Virus record (IMG/VR): IMGVR_UViG_3300017766_005064 | Location: 1-25,093 of that record | Strand: one strand, 5' to 3' | Length of the DNA stretch: 25,093 nucleotides | DNA from: a virus | Taxonomy: Duplodnaviria; Caudoviricetes | Shown here: one piece after another, positions 16,738 through 24,428 of the stretch | Numbering within the stretch: position 1 is the first letter of the stretch | How the letters are laid out: each line of letters starts with the position of its first letter | Notes under the pieces: model-generated | Told to the model about the DNA's origin: nothing | Databases searched by the model: none | What the model saw: the letters and a program-made list of their open reading frames with translations, nothing else | Program-made: the position numbers and the translations under genes

Positions 16738-17064
16738 TCATCTTTCAATATAACTTAGTGTATGATTTTGTGCATAAAGTTGTTGGATAATAATATCGCA
16801 ACCAATTTTTGGATTGCAATCACCGCATGTATATACATCTACGGCTGCTTTACCCTCTTCAGGCCAAGTATGAATACTGATATGACTTTCCGATAGAAGA
16901 CATAAAACTGTAACCCCTTGTGGTTCAAACTTTTTTGATATAGTTTGAACTACTGTTGCCCCACTTGCAGCTGCCGCATTTTCTAGTAAGTCTATAAGGC
17001 AACGCTCGTCATCCAAAAGAACAAACGAGCACCCATACAAATTAAGTAGATAATGCTTACCCAT
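16738..17064 (-). CDS. speD: S-adenosylmethionine decarboxylase proenzyme
   Basis: MGKH, FEPQGVT, LSESHISIHTWPE self-cleavage motif, DVYTCG. Confidence 0.93.
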   Translation of the reverse strand: MGKHYLLNLYGCSFVLLDDERCLIDLLENAAAASGATVVQTISKKFEPQGVTVLCLLSESHISIHTWPEEGKAAVDVYTCGDCNPKIGCDIIIQQLYAQNHTLSYIER

Positions 17065-17252
17065 TACATTGGATCCTCTTCATATTCTTTTATGAGATCG
17101 GAAACTAATGTTTCAGTTCCGTCCATAGTCTTAACTTGATATAAAGAAGATTTCATGTACTTTTTAATTTTCTTATATTTTTTTAAGAGTTCGTTTACTT
17201 CATCTTTATAGATTATTACTTTAGACTCTTCGTTATTAAATCCGCTACTCAT
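17064..17252 (-). CDS. Hypothetical protein
   Basis: ORF track; overlapping start/stop with both neighbours. Confidence 0.75.
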   Translation of the reverse strand: MSSGFNNEESKVIIYKDEVNELLKKYKKIKKYMKSSLYQVKTMDGTETLVSDLIKEYEEDPM

Positions 17253-17584
17253 TTCTTTTTTTTATTTTCAGGTGGCTTATATCCCCAGATTCTTGGATTG
17301 ACTCTACCATATCCAAAATCTATTTTCTTCAATTGCTTTTCTTGATATTTGTCGTAATACAAATCAAAAACATCTGCTCTTTTTCTTCCTCTACACACAT
17401 CTACATATTCAGTTTCATCAATCACATAATAAACAAGATATGCATCACTGGGAGAAGAAGAATCTTTAATTTGCTCTATAGTTGCTTTTTCATAGAGCAT
17501 CTCACAACCATAAAACGAATTTACTTGTTTCTTTTCTTCCTTTGTCCATTCTTCCATCTTATCCTTTTTAGCAATGGTTTTCAT
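17249..17584 (-). CDS. Conserved cyanophage hypothetical protein
   Basis: ORF track (17599), ATGA-coupled start at 17584; DAYLVYY..DVFDLYYDKY..GYGRVNPRIWG. Confidence 0.8.
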   Translation of the reverse strand: MKTIAKKDKMEEWTKEEKKQVNSFYGCEMLYEKATIEQIKDSSSPSDAYLVYYVIDETEYVDVCRGRKRADVFDLYYDKYQEKQLKKIDFGYGRVNPRIWGYKPPENKKKK

Positions 17585-18138
17585 GATCTTCCTCCCCATT
17601 GAATATCTGGATATGCTTCACTAATAATAGGAAGAGTTATCTTATATTTAGAATCAAGTTGCTTATCTTTTGTTAGAATTAAAATCTCTGCTTCAAGAGG
17701 ATGCAATCCTTCTAGCAGATTGATAAACATAGTTTCTCTTCTGATATTTGAAATATCGTTATTACCGTTCTGAATAAAATTATAAAAAATATTTACTTCT
17801 TTTCTAAGAGAAGTTCTTTTCGCATTACTATAAGAATCAATAGCCTGAGGATTATTGAGTTGTTTATCTATAGTCCCAGATAATGTATCATTACCAGAAG
17901 TCTGTTCCTGTACACTGGAATATGGAACAGGACCTTCTGGTAATGCTGAGCGAATACTCTCATCAAAATTCCAAATTAAAATAGAAACAAGAGCATCATT
18001 ACGATACTCTTTTAAAACTTCTATCTTTTTTTCCTTCGTTCTTTGCTTCGATACCAACTCAAGAATTTCATGTTGAAATGGATTTGGTTGCAATTTAGGT
18101 AATTGCTGCTCAGTCTTTTTTGTTTTAGTAGTTGTCAT
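17581..18138 (-). CDS. Conserved T4-like hypothetical protein
   Basis: IWNFDESI.SALPEGPVPY, RRETMFINLLEGLHPLEAEIL, AYPDIQWGGRS. Confidence 0.85.
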   Translation of the reverse strand: MTTTKTKKTEQQLPKLQPNPFQHEILELVSKQRTKEKKIEVLKEYRNDALVSILIWNFDESIRSALPEGPVPYSSVQEQTSGNDTLSGTIDKQLNNPQAIDSYSNAKRTSLRKEVNIFYNFIQNGNNDISNIRRETMFINLLEGLHPLEAEILILTKDKQLDSKYKITLPIISEAYPDIQWGGRS

Positions 18139-18182
18139 ATCAATTAAGTAATATTAATATACATTAAAATAGGCAATTTTAT

Positions 18183-18410
18183 TTAGTCTTCGTCTTCTTC
18201 AATTTCTTCATCAAAATATTCAGGATTAAAAGATATTGCTACGACTTCATCTGGAATTATATTACCATTATTATCATAAAATTCTGGATGAAGTTTTGGA
18301 ATTTCACGATAATTCATCATATATTCTCTAGCTACCCAACCCCCAATTATTCCAACAACAAAAAACATAACAATTAAAAATGAACCAAAAACTAAACTTG
18401 TTGCCAACAT
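18183..18410 (-). CDS. Small single-pass membrane protein
   Basis: N-terminal hydrophobic helix, HPEFYD..GNIIPDEV, acidic tail; GGAG SD. Confidence 0.8.
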   Translation of the reverse strand: MLATSLVFGSFLIVMFFVVGIIGGWVAREYMMNYREIPKLHPEFYDNNGNIIPDEVVAISFNPEYFDEEIEEDED

Positions 18411-18420
18411 ATTCTTTCTC

Positions 18421-18609
18421 CTAAGAACTTCTCTTCTTTAAGTGTATTTCTATGCTAAAGTGAAGTTCTCTTCTGAAAAGGGAAACCATTTTGGCATAGA
18501 CAAGACTAAAAAAACTTGGTTCCTCCTCTTTTGTTTTTACACTTCGGAGCATCAGCTCCATACCTCTATTTATTTTAGGTTTTCTTCTTTCTTCCTGGTT
18601 TTTTGTCAT
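18421..18609 (-). CDS. Hypothetical protein (start uncertain: 18609 or 18561)
   Basis: 3' part of track ORF 18421..18690; AATAAATA late motif at 18567-18574 just before ATG 18561. Confidence 0.6.
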   Translation of the reverse strand: MTKNQEERRKPKINRGMELMLRSVKTKEEEPSFFSLVYAKMVSLFRRELHFSIEIHLKKRSS

Positions 18610-18919
18610 GAATGTATTTTTCCGCGTCTGCCAAAATTGAACTGACATAATTACGAACTTTCCTAGCAAAAGGCTTTGGTAAGTGCCCATATGCCTCTCT
18701 AAGCTGCTTATGAGCGTTATCCTGACCTCCTTCTAGGTATTCATCCAATTCAAGTATTAGATACTTTAAATTAATTGCTGTGAGGCTATTTAAGAATTGT
18801 TGGGTTTCAATTCTTTTTGCATCTTTGCCTTTCAAATACTGATAGAAATTCATTACAAATTTTTGCTCAATGAAAGCATAATCAATTGCTTTTTCTACAT
18901 CATAACAATATTCGTACAT
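18575..18919 (-). CDS. Conserved cyanophage hypothetical protein
   Basis: DVEKAIDYAF, EYLEGGQDNAHKQLREAYGHLPKP.ARK. Confidence 0.85.
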   Translation of the reverse strand: MYEYCYDVEKAIDYAFIEQKFVMNFYQYLKGKDAKRIETQQFLNSLTAINLKYLILELDEYLEGGQDNAHKQLREAYGHLPKPFARKVRNYVSSILADAEKYIHDKKPGRKKKT

Positions 18920-19156
18920 TTAAATAATTCCTTTTTCTTTTAGGTATTGGACAGTATCTGTACATCCACCAAGATGATGTTCATCCATTACAACTTGTGG
19001 GAATGTTGATCCCTTTCCAAATTCAGAATAGAATTCATCTCTGGTGAAATTTTCATCTAATGTGTATACAACATGACCAAGATTAGACAATTCCATAACT
19101 TGTTTAATCTTATCGCAGTATGGGCAGCCTTGTTTTGAATAGATTGTAAATTTCAT
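18920..19156 (-). CDS. nrdC: Glutaredoxin
   Basis: CPYC active site, TFPQV, GGCTD. Confidence 0.93.
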   Translation of the reverse strand: MKFTIYSKQGCPYCDKIKQVMELSNLGHVVYTLDENFTRDEFYSEFGKGSTFPQVVMDEHHLGGCTDTVQYLKEKGII

Positions 19157-19174
19157 ACTTTTTAATCTCGTCTA

Positions 19175-19342
19175 TTAATAATTAGTTGGTTCCTTTTTTT
19201 GTACCATATCTCCCTTTCCTTCCAGTGTTTTTACAAATAATTCGGTAAATCTTTCCATTTTTTCTGGATGTACGGTAGCAGGATATTCATCAATTGCATT
19301 TTTCAATGAGTTCAATTCATCCCACTCTTCAACACTTAACAT
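19175..19342 (-). CDS. Hypothetical protein (55 aa)
   Basis: Manual translation MLSVEEWDELNSLKNAIDEYPATVHPEKMERFTELFVKTLEGKGD... Confidence 0.7.
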   Translation of the reverse strand: MLSVEEWDELNSLKNAIDEYPATVHPEKMERFTELFVKTLEGKGDMVQKKEPTNY

Positions 19343-19379
19343 GAATTTTTTATTTTATTATTACAATTTTATTTAACTA

Positions 19380-19622
19380 TTAAAACATTCCACCACCAAA
19401 AAAAGAAGAACCTCCATTTCCATCTTTCTTCATTTTTTCGAGCATGTCTTCAATTTTATCAGAAAACTCTTCAGTTTTAATGATTCTATCTAATGTAACT
19501 AAAAGCTCAGAAATACTATAATTAACTGTAGATTTTTCCGATCGAGCTGCATATGCAAGAGCAGCTCTTAGAAATCCCTTTGCTTCTTCTAGATTTTCAA
19601 TAACATTTTTAGATAATGCCAT
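19380..19622 (-). CDS. Hypothetical protein
   Basis: ORF track; AAGGAG SD. Confidence 0.85.
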   Translation of the reverse strand: MALSKNVIENLEEAKGFLRAALAYAARSEKSTVNYSISELLVTLDRIIKTEEFSDKIEDMLEKMKKDGNGGSSFFGGGMF

Positions 19623-19689
19623 AATTCTCCTTTTTGTGTATTATTATTTTATCATATTCCAAAATAAATTCTAGTCGGGAAATCCGTAC

Positions 19690-19905
19690 CTAATTCATTT
19701 CAATTTTATTATAGATCTCGTAAATCACATTAGAAGTTTCTACTGATTCTACTTCGAGTGAGGAAATTCTCTTCTCTTGTTCATCAATTCTTCGAATCAA
19801 ATTTACAATAGTATCCATCAAGGAATATTCTACCCCAGTGACTTCATCTGTAATTTTTATTTTAATATTTTGATAATCATTCAAAAATTTATCAAGAAAT
19901 TTCAT
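19690..19905 (-). CDS. Hypothetical coiled-coil protein
   Basis: ORF track, packed operon. Confidence 0.7.
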   Translation of the reverse strand: MKFLDKFLNDYQNIKIKITDEVTGVEYSLMDTIVNLIRRIDEQEKRISSLEVESVETSNVIYEIYNKIEMN

Positions 19906-20197
19906 GTTTTTTAATTTGTCTAAATGGAATATTTAAAGTTGACTCGTACTTGACTGGACAGCCATCAGTGGATCCAAATTTTGAGACCCATTTGGTCAAC
20001 ATCATTTTAGCACATTTAGATCGAACTGAAAATGCTTCTGTTCGTTTATCAAAATATTCTTGTGATTTATATGGTAGCAATTCAGCTTCTTGAATTAATG
20101 AATACTCCAATAAATTAACTGTTTGTTCATACTGATTTTTATTTTCTTCAGTTGGATTTTCTACAACTAGATCAATAATAGTTTCAATCATTTTCAA
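19892..20197 (-). CDS. Hypothetical protein
   Basis: ORF track, packed operon. Confidence 0.75.
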   Translation of the reverse strand: MKMIETIIDLVVENPTEENKNQYEQTVNLLEYSLIQEAELLPYKSQEYFDKRTEAFSVRSKCAKMMLTKWVSKFGSTDGCPVKYESTLNIPFRQIKKHEIS

Positions 20198-20393
20198 TGT
20201 AGTAAAATTTTTTATCAGGATTGTTCAGTTGCTTTTTGATAAACTTTGTTGCCGATTCCAAAGAATAAAATTTAATCATTTTTGGAAAAACTTCCATCTC
20301 CATAAAATTCCACCAAATGAAAAATTTTTTATACTGAGGAAAAAAGCAGACTTCACCTGATAAGTCTGCCTGTTCTACTACTCTGTATTTCAT
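20184..20393 (-). CDS. Hypothetical protein
   Basis: ORF track; ATGA overlap. Confidence 0.75.
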   Translation of the reverse strand: MKYRVVEQADLSGEVCFFPQYKKFFIWWNFMEMEVFPKMIKFYSLESATKFIKKQLNNPDKKFYYIEND

Positions 20394-20614
20394 TGATTTC
20401 TATTGATTGTTGGTACAGTATACTCTATATCATTCCAATGTCGGACCACACCAGCAACAATGAAACAGTTTGTAATGAGGTAGGTAAAGAAAATTATTGA
20501 GCGTATGACAGCAATTCTATCAGACTCACGATCACATTTAGATGCCTTTTCTCCTAATGCCTTTGCCCACCACCTCCAAGCATTCTTAGACTTTTGTTTC
20601 TTCTGTTGATTCAT
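20390..20614 (-). CDS. Small membrane protein
   Basis: WRWWAKALGEKA..D.IAVIR, hydrophobic helix, GVVRHWN. Confidence 0.8.
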   Translation of the reverse strand: MNQQKKQKSKNAWRWWAKALGEKASKCDRESDRIAVIRSIIFFTYLITNCFIVAGVVRHWNDIEYTVPTINRNQ

Positions 20615-20768
20615 GTCCGAGTTTCCATGCGGTCTTTAGCCATTCCGTTAAAATTTGCCTTTTCTTAAATGGATCTGGACATTTAGCATCATTAAAGAAC
20701 CTTTCCGATCTAATAGAGTATCCCTCTAGTTCATGAAACCAGTCCTCAAAATTGTTATAATTATCCAT
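20586..20768 (-). CDS. Hypothetical protein
   Basis: ORF track; FEDWFHELEGYSIRSERF. Confidence 0.75.
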   Translation of the reverse strand: MDNYNNFEDWFHELEGYSIRSERFFNDAKCPDPFKKRQILTEWLKTAWKLGHESTEETKV

Positions 20769-21024
20769 TTTCAGTTTTTCTAGGCTCAGTTTTAGAAATT
20801 TTATAATCCTTTTTATTTAACTTATAACGAGAGATATATTTGTCCAAGTGCTCTTTGCAGACAAAGAAACAAACCTTTTCGTCTTTACCATCTTTATGGA
20901 CCAGTGTTAGGGGGAAGGTTTCATGAAATGGTAAAGTGTCAAGTACAACTTCTTCTTTTGGTTTTGGTTTTGGTTTTTCCCTTTTACTTTGAGGTTTTAG
21001 CTTTGTCGTTGTTTTCTTTTTCAT
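20761..21024 (-). CDS. Basic hypothetical protein
   Basis: ORF track; FP.TL.HKD...CFF.C.EHLDKYISRYKL. Confidence 0.75.
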   Translation of the reverse strand: MKKKTTTKLKPQSKREKPKPKPKEEVVLDTLPFHETFPLTLVHKDGKDEKVCFFVCKEHLDKYISRYKLNKKDYKISKTEPRKTENG

Positions 21025-21154
21025 CTAATACAGATTTGTAATAACGATTGTATGCAAAAAATCTATTCATACTAGGAGTTACATCAAGAGATTCGCAACA
21101 TCTAATATAAGATATGAATTCAAACCAAGGAGCAGAAGGATCCGTATCACTCAT
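20984..21154 (-). CDS. Hypothetical protein (56 aa)
   Basis: Manual translation MSDTDPSAPWFEFISYIRCCESLDVTPSMNRFFAYNRYYKSVLDE...; ATGA overlap with upstream gene. Confidence 0.7.
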   Translation of the reverse strand: MSDTDPSAPWFEFISYIRCCESLDVTPSMNRFFAYNRYYKSVLDEKENNDKAKTSK

Positions 21155-21381
21155 AGTTTGTATTCAACTGACCCTTCATGTACAGAACATTCATCACCCC
21201 AGCCTTCCTGCCTTTTTTTGAGATACCATCGAGTTGCTTGAATGCAATCCTCTTCAGTAAGGCTTGTAATGACACCTGTGCCATCTTTTTCTGTACTTTT
21301 CCATGTTCCCCAACGAGCTTTCTCTACTTTAAAAGCGCCGTCAATCCAATTGATTTCTTCAGGGTTCTTTTGGTGTTCCAT
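21151..21381 (-). CDS. Hypothetical protein (probable start 21381)
   Basis: 3' part of track ORF 21151..21477; WIDGAF.VE..RWGTW.S..ITSL.EE.CIQATRWYLK. Confidence 0.75.
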   Translation of the reverse strand: MEHQKNPEEINWIDGAFKVEKARWGTWKSTEKDGTGVITSLTEEDCIQATRWYLKKRQEGWGDECSVHEGSVEYKL

Positions 21382-21961
21382 AATAAGCTTTGTCCTCTCG
21401 GTAGCGTGTAATAATTGCAGAAGAAAATTCAACAAAGTTATCCATGTTTGTCTGGATTTGTGCTTCACTATCATCAAAATTGTTAGTGATACTTTCTATC
21501 ATTTCTTCTGATGGTATTTGAGACATCAGAAGAGCAAGAACTGCAATAATATACGAAGCAATATTATGTGCAACACTTACATCTCGCATGGCAAGAATTG
21601 CATCAAATGTACTAGGAATACCTTCTTCTTCGTTTCCATCCTCATCTGCGCCATAAGAAGCAATTGCTCCCATACCACAAATCCAAACTAGCTCAAAACA
21701 CATGAAATTTTGGACATCAGGAGAAATCAAGATGAGTTCTTCTTTAGTTGGAATGTTTCCTTTTCTTAGAGTATCAATAATATGATCTGGTACATCTTCC
21801 AGCTCGATTTCCTCTGGGAGACAATCACTTAAGTCATGCCTTTCCATTAAACACTCAAGAAAATCATAAGTGAAATCAGTGATTTCTTCTCCTTCCTTCT
21901 TGATTTCGTTGATTCTAGATTGAAGTGATTTTAGATCAATTGGATTAGATTCTGTGCTCAT
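21359..21961 (-). CDS. Acidic hypothetical protein (200 aa)
   Basis: ORF track; ATGA overlap. Confidence 0.8.
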   Translation of the reverse strand: MSTESNPIDLKSLQSRINEIKKEGEEITDFTYDFLECLMERHDLSDCLPEEIELEDVPDHIIDTLRKGNIPTKEELILISPDVQNFMCFELVWICGMGAIASYGADEDGNEEEGIPSTFDAILAMRDVSVAHNIASYIIAVLALLMSQIPSEEMIESITNNFDDSEAQIQTNMDNFVEFSSAIITRYREDKAYYGTPKEP

Positions 21962-22233
21962 GAATTTTTTGTTTCAGAGTCTACAATACTCGATTTTGCC
22001 TTTTCTGTCAACTCCTTATGGAGGTCCATGGCAATTCTATCGTATTTCATCTTCATAATAAAATTTGTGATTGGGTTTTGTGGGTGAAAATACAACTTCC
22101 AAAAAAATCCTTTAACTGAATTTGAAGCTAACTTAGAAGTCAACAAGATTGCATCAGAGACATTCTTGTCCACTGTCATCATATAAAAAAGAACTCCAAA
22201 TATTAATATTAAAGTTGAGGTATATAAATTCAT
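21958..22233 (-). CDS. Hypothetical membrane-anchored protein
   Basis: ORF track; N-terminal hydrophobic segment; HPQNPITN. Confidence 0.75.
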   Translation of the reverse strand: MNLYTSTLILIFGVLFYMMTVDKNVSDAILLTSKLASNSVKGFFWKLYFHPQNPITNFIMKMKYDRIAMDLHKELTEKAKSSIVDSETKNS

Positions 22234-22237
22234 AATA

Positions 22238-22426
22238 TTAAAGATTCGATTTTCCTCTAATTGTTTCTCTAATATTTTGAAGATAGTTCACCACTAAATT
22301 TTTCCAAACTGACAATTCATCATTGCAATTTTGTTGTTTTGCCAAAGTTGTAATTTGACTATGAGGAGTTTTGATGTCCTCAATAAACAAATCAATTGCA
22401 GCTATGTCTTTATTTGGATTGGTCAT
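22238..22426 (-). CDS. Hypothetical protein (probable start 22426)
   Basis: 3' part of track ORF 22238..22453; ATGA overlap with upstream ORF. Confidence 0.7.
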   Translation of the reverse strand: MTNPNKDIAAIDLFIEDIKTPHSQITTLAKQQNCNDELSVWKNLVVNYLQNIRETIRGKSNL

Positions 22427-22587
22427 TTTTTGGTTTGTATAGTAATTGGACAACTTGGAATTACTTTTTTAATCTCTGTTACAATTTCTTTCTTTTGGTG
22501 TGGAGTCAACCCAACAATTTTTTGCAATCGATCAATAATTCCAATTGCCTGGGAACATGTAATTATGGTTGAAACTAATACAACCAT
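22423..22587 (-). CDS. Hypothetical protein (54 aa)
   Basis: Manual translation MVVLVSTIITCSQAIGIIDRLQKIVGLTPHQKKEIVTEIKKVIPSCPITIQTKK. Confidence 0.7.
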   Translation of the reverse strand: MVVLVSTIITCSQAIGIIDRLQKIVGLTPHQKKEIVTEIKKVIPSCPITIQTKK

Positions 22588-22612
22588 TGTTTATCTTTAA
22601 TTCTATATCTAT

Positions 22613-22924
22613 TTAATCCCTTCGCATTGATTCGTCATCATTTTTAAAGAAGTTATATAGATCATCCACACCCATACTAGAATCTAGATGTGTTGAAGGA
22701 TCTGGATTTCCCAAATCCATAATCTGCATAAACTCATCTAGACTACCTTCTTTTCCTTTGCCTTGTATAGCAATTCTCCTTGCCTTTCGAATAATTTCAG
22801 ATGCTGACCTATTTACATTTGACCACTTTTCAGCAAAAATCATATCTTCTAGACTAACTTCTTCGCCACTCATGATGTTTTGTGCAATTTCTTCTAGACG
22901 AAGGCGAACTTTAGTTGATAGCAT
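22613..22924 (-). CDS. Conserved cyanophage hypothetical protein
   Basis: MLSTKVRLRLE..GEEVSLEDMI.A, GSLDEF..MDLGNPDPS.H; GGAG SD; AATAAATA at 22945-22952. Confidence 0.85.
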   Translation of the reverse strand: MLSTKVRLRLEEIAQNIMSGEEVSLEDMIFAEKWSNVNRSASEIIRKARRIAIQGKGKEGSLDEFMQIMDLGNPDPSTHLDSSMGVDDLYNFFKNDDESMRRD

Positions 22925-22947
22925 TTTATTCTCCGATTAAATTATAT

Positions 22948-23148
22948 TTATTGCGATTCACGATAATTCCTCATAAATTCAAGACAATTTTTAAACTGTT
23001 CCCACTCTTCATCAGAGAAGTTATCAGAGGCATAAGGAATATCAACAATAGCTGCGCATACTCGATTAATATTAATCGAATAGATTTCTTGCGCACGAAC
23101 TGGACTCATCAGCAAAAATAATCCAAAAATTGCAGTGGTAGTTTTCAT
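22948..23148 (-). CDS. Small protein with signal-peptide-like N-terminus
   Basis: MKTTTAIFGLFLLMSPVRA-Q; two Cys. Confidence 0.75.
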   Translation of the reverse strand: MKTTTAIFGLFLLMSPVRAQEIYSININRVCAAIVDIPYASDNFSDEEWEQFKNCLEFMRNYRESQ

Positions 23149-23366
23149 TTTGGTTTCTTGGTTCTCTTCATTTTAACTGGTGGTTCGCCCGAGTCAATAA
23201 AGACTGTGCCAATACCAGGAGTGGTCCTATGCTTGTCAATAAATTTTTTTGCCTGCAATTCTGTATTCACTACTTCTAATTGCTGTCCATCGTAAATGAT
23301 TATCAGTTTATTTTTACCGAAAGGTATGGCAGCGTAATGATCTTGAGTCACAAATCCAGTTTTCAT
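23145..23366 (-). CDS. Hypothetical protein
   Basis: ORF track; YAAIPFG..IIYDGQQL. Confidence 0.75.
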   Translation of the reverse strand: MKTGFVTQDHYAAIPFGKNKLIIIYDGQQLEVVNTELQAKKFIDKHRTTPGIGTVFIDSGEPPVKMKRTKKPK

Positions 23367-23370
23367 ATTA

Positions 23371-23739
23371 TTATGTAAAATTTTTTCGAGGACGATAAAC
23401 TTTCAATTCTTGTTTCGACAATTGAGTTCTCCACTGATTGATTTCTTCATATCTTTCAGTAGAGAAAAATTCCTGTTTCATAAACCAAGATTCCCAATTA
23501 TCATGTGATTTATCTCTGTTACATGATTCACATGCACAGACTACATTAGTGATGTGATCCGTCCCTCCTTTTGACTGAGGAATAATATGATCAATAGTCA
23601 GGTTATCTTCACTTAGACAATATGCACATTTGTGTTCCCATTTTTCTTTAATTGATTTTCTCCAAAGTCTTCTTGCTTCTGATGGAGATGATGTTTCTAG
23701 ATTATAAAGGTAATCTTCTGATGAATTGTAAAGTTGCAT
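23371..23739 (-). CDS. HNH endonuclease
   Basis: CAYC..LTIDHIIPQSKGG..NVVCACESCNRDK. Confidence 0.92.
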   Translation of the reverse strand: MQLYNSSEDYLYNLETSSPSEARRLWRKSIKEKWEHKCAYCLSEDNLTIDHIIPQSKGGTDHITNVVCACESCNRDKSHDNWESWFMKQEFFSTERYEEINQWRTQLSKQELKVYRPRKNFT

Positions 23740-23831
23740 TCTTTAAATGGGAACTTATAATATCTATAGTTTCTTTAATTGTAATATAGATGTAAATAAA
23801 TTCTATATGATACGAAATATCTTGATCTCTT

Positions 23832-23981
23832 TTAAGATATTTTTTGATTCTTTTTAGCACATTCACTCCTTGCCCAAGAACGACTTAAACTATTTACATA
23901 AGAACAAGACTTTTGTTTTTCCCCACAATGAGGACATTTTGCATCTGGTGGATCTGAAATGTATCCTTCTGGAGTATACAT
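23832..23981 (-). CDS. Small Cys-containing protein (49 aa, possible Zn finger)
   Basis: Manual translation MYTPEGYISDPPDAKCPHCGEKQKSCSYVNSLSRSWARSECAKKNQKIS; AAGGA SD. Confidence 0.65.
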   Translation of the reverse strand: MYTPEGYISDPPDAKCPHCGEKQKSCSYVNSLSRSWARSECAKKNQKIS

Positions 23982-23998
23982 TTTTCCTTTATAGAGAC

Positions 23999-24310
23999 TC
24001 AAGCAATCACTGGTTTTTGTTGTCCTTCTGGTAATTTAGATTGATTTGGTTTGATTAAATTATCAAAATACTCATCAAATTTTTCTGCGTTTACTGTATG
24101 AACAGCAACAACCTCATTTGTAGGAAGTGCTTTCGGCATTTCAATATCTACCACAGGACCCATCATAAACTTGTTTCTTGTGATGGTGCGATTCTGTGGG
24201 TCCAAAGAAACCATTGCAAGAGCATCTAACTCATTACCACAATCTACAATCTTTCTTCCAGTTTTTTTATCAATCACTGAAAAATAATCTTCACTATTGT
24301 ACTTTTTCAT
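23999..24310 (-). CDS. Hypothetical protein
   Basis: ORF track; TGRKIVDCG.E.DA..MV. Confidence 0.8.
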   Translation of the reverse strand: MKKYNSEDYFSVIDKKTGRKIVDCGNELDALAMVSLDPQNRTITRNKFMMGPVVDIEMPKALPTNEVVAVHTVNAEKFDEYFDNLIKPNQSKLPEGQQKPVIA

Positions 24311-24428
24311 CCTTTTTGTCTTTCGAAGTCTTTTGAGTATTATACATCTTTACAGGTGGTCTGTAAAGTCCAGGCCAAGTGTCTCTTATGATTTCAGCAT
24401 ATTTATATGGAGTTTCCGTTGTAATCAT
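24294..24428 (-). CDS. Hypothetical protein (44 aa)
   Basis: Manual translation MITTETPYKYAEIIRDTWPGLYRPPVKMYNTQKTSKDKKDEKVQ; start abuts the upstream stop. Confidence 0.55.
   Translation of the reverse strand: MITTETPYKYAEIIRDTWPGLYRPPVKMYNTQKTSKDKKDEKVQ
24339..24368 (-). promoter_or_regulatory. Sigma70-like promoter with overlapping 8-bp inverted repeat
   Basis: TTTACA-17 nt-TATAAT; CTTTACAG-N5-CTGTAAAG at 24348-24368. Confidence 0.55.

Noticed and set aside
19623-19690. Intergenic GC-richer patch GTCGGGAAATCCGTACC as ncRNA or terminator
   Set aside because: No convincing stem or second copy; only a possible extended -10 (TGATAAAAT) nearby
20957-20977. TTTTGG tandem repeat (also near 3290-3303)
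   Set aside because: Encodes Lys-Pro dipeptide runs in proteins; not a non-coding repeat
24348-24368. NtcA box
   Set aside because: Half-sites are TAC...GTA, the reverse of GTA-N8-TAC, and spacing differs
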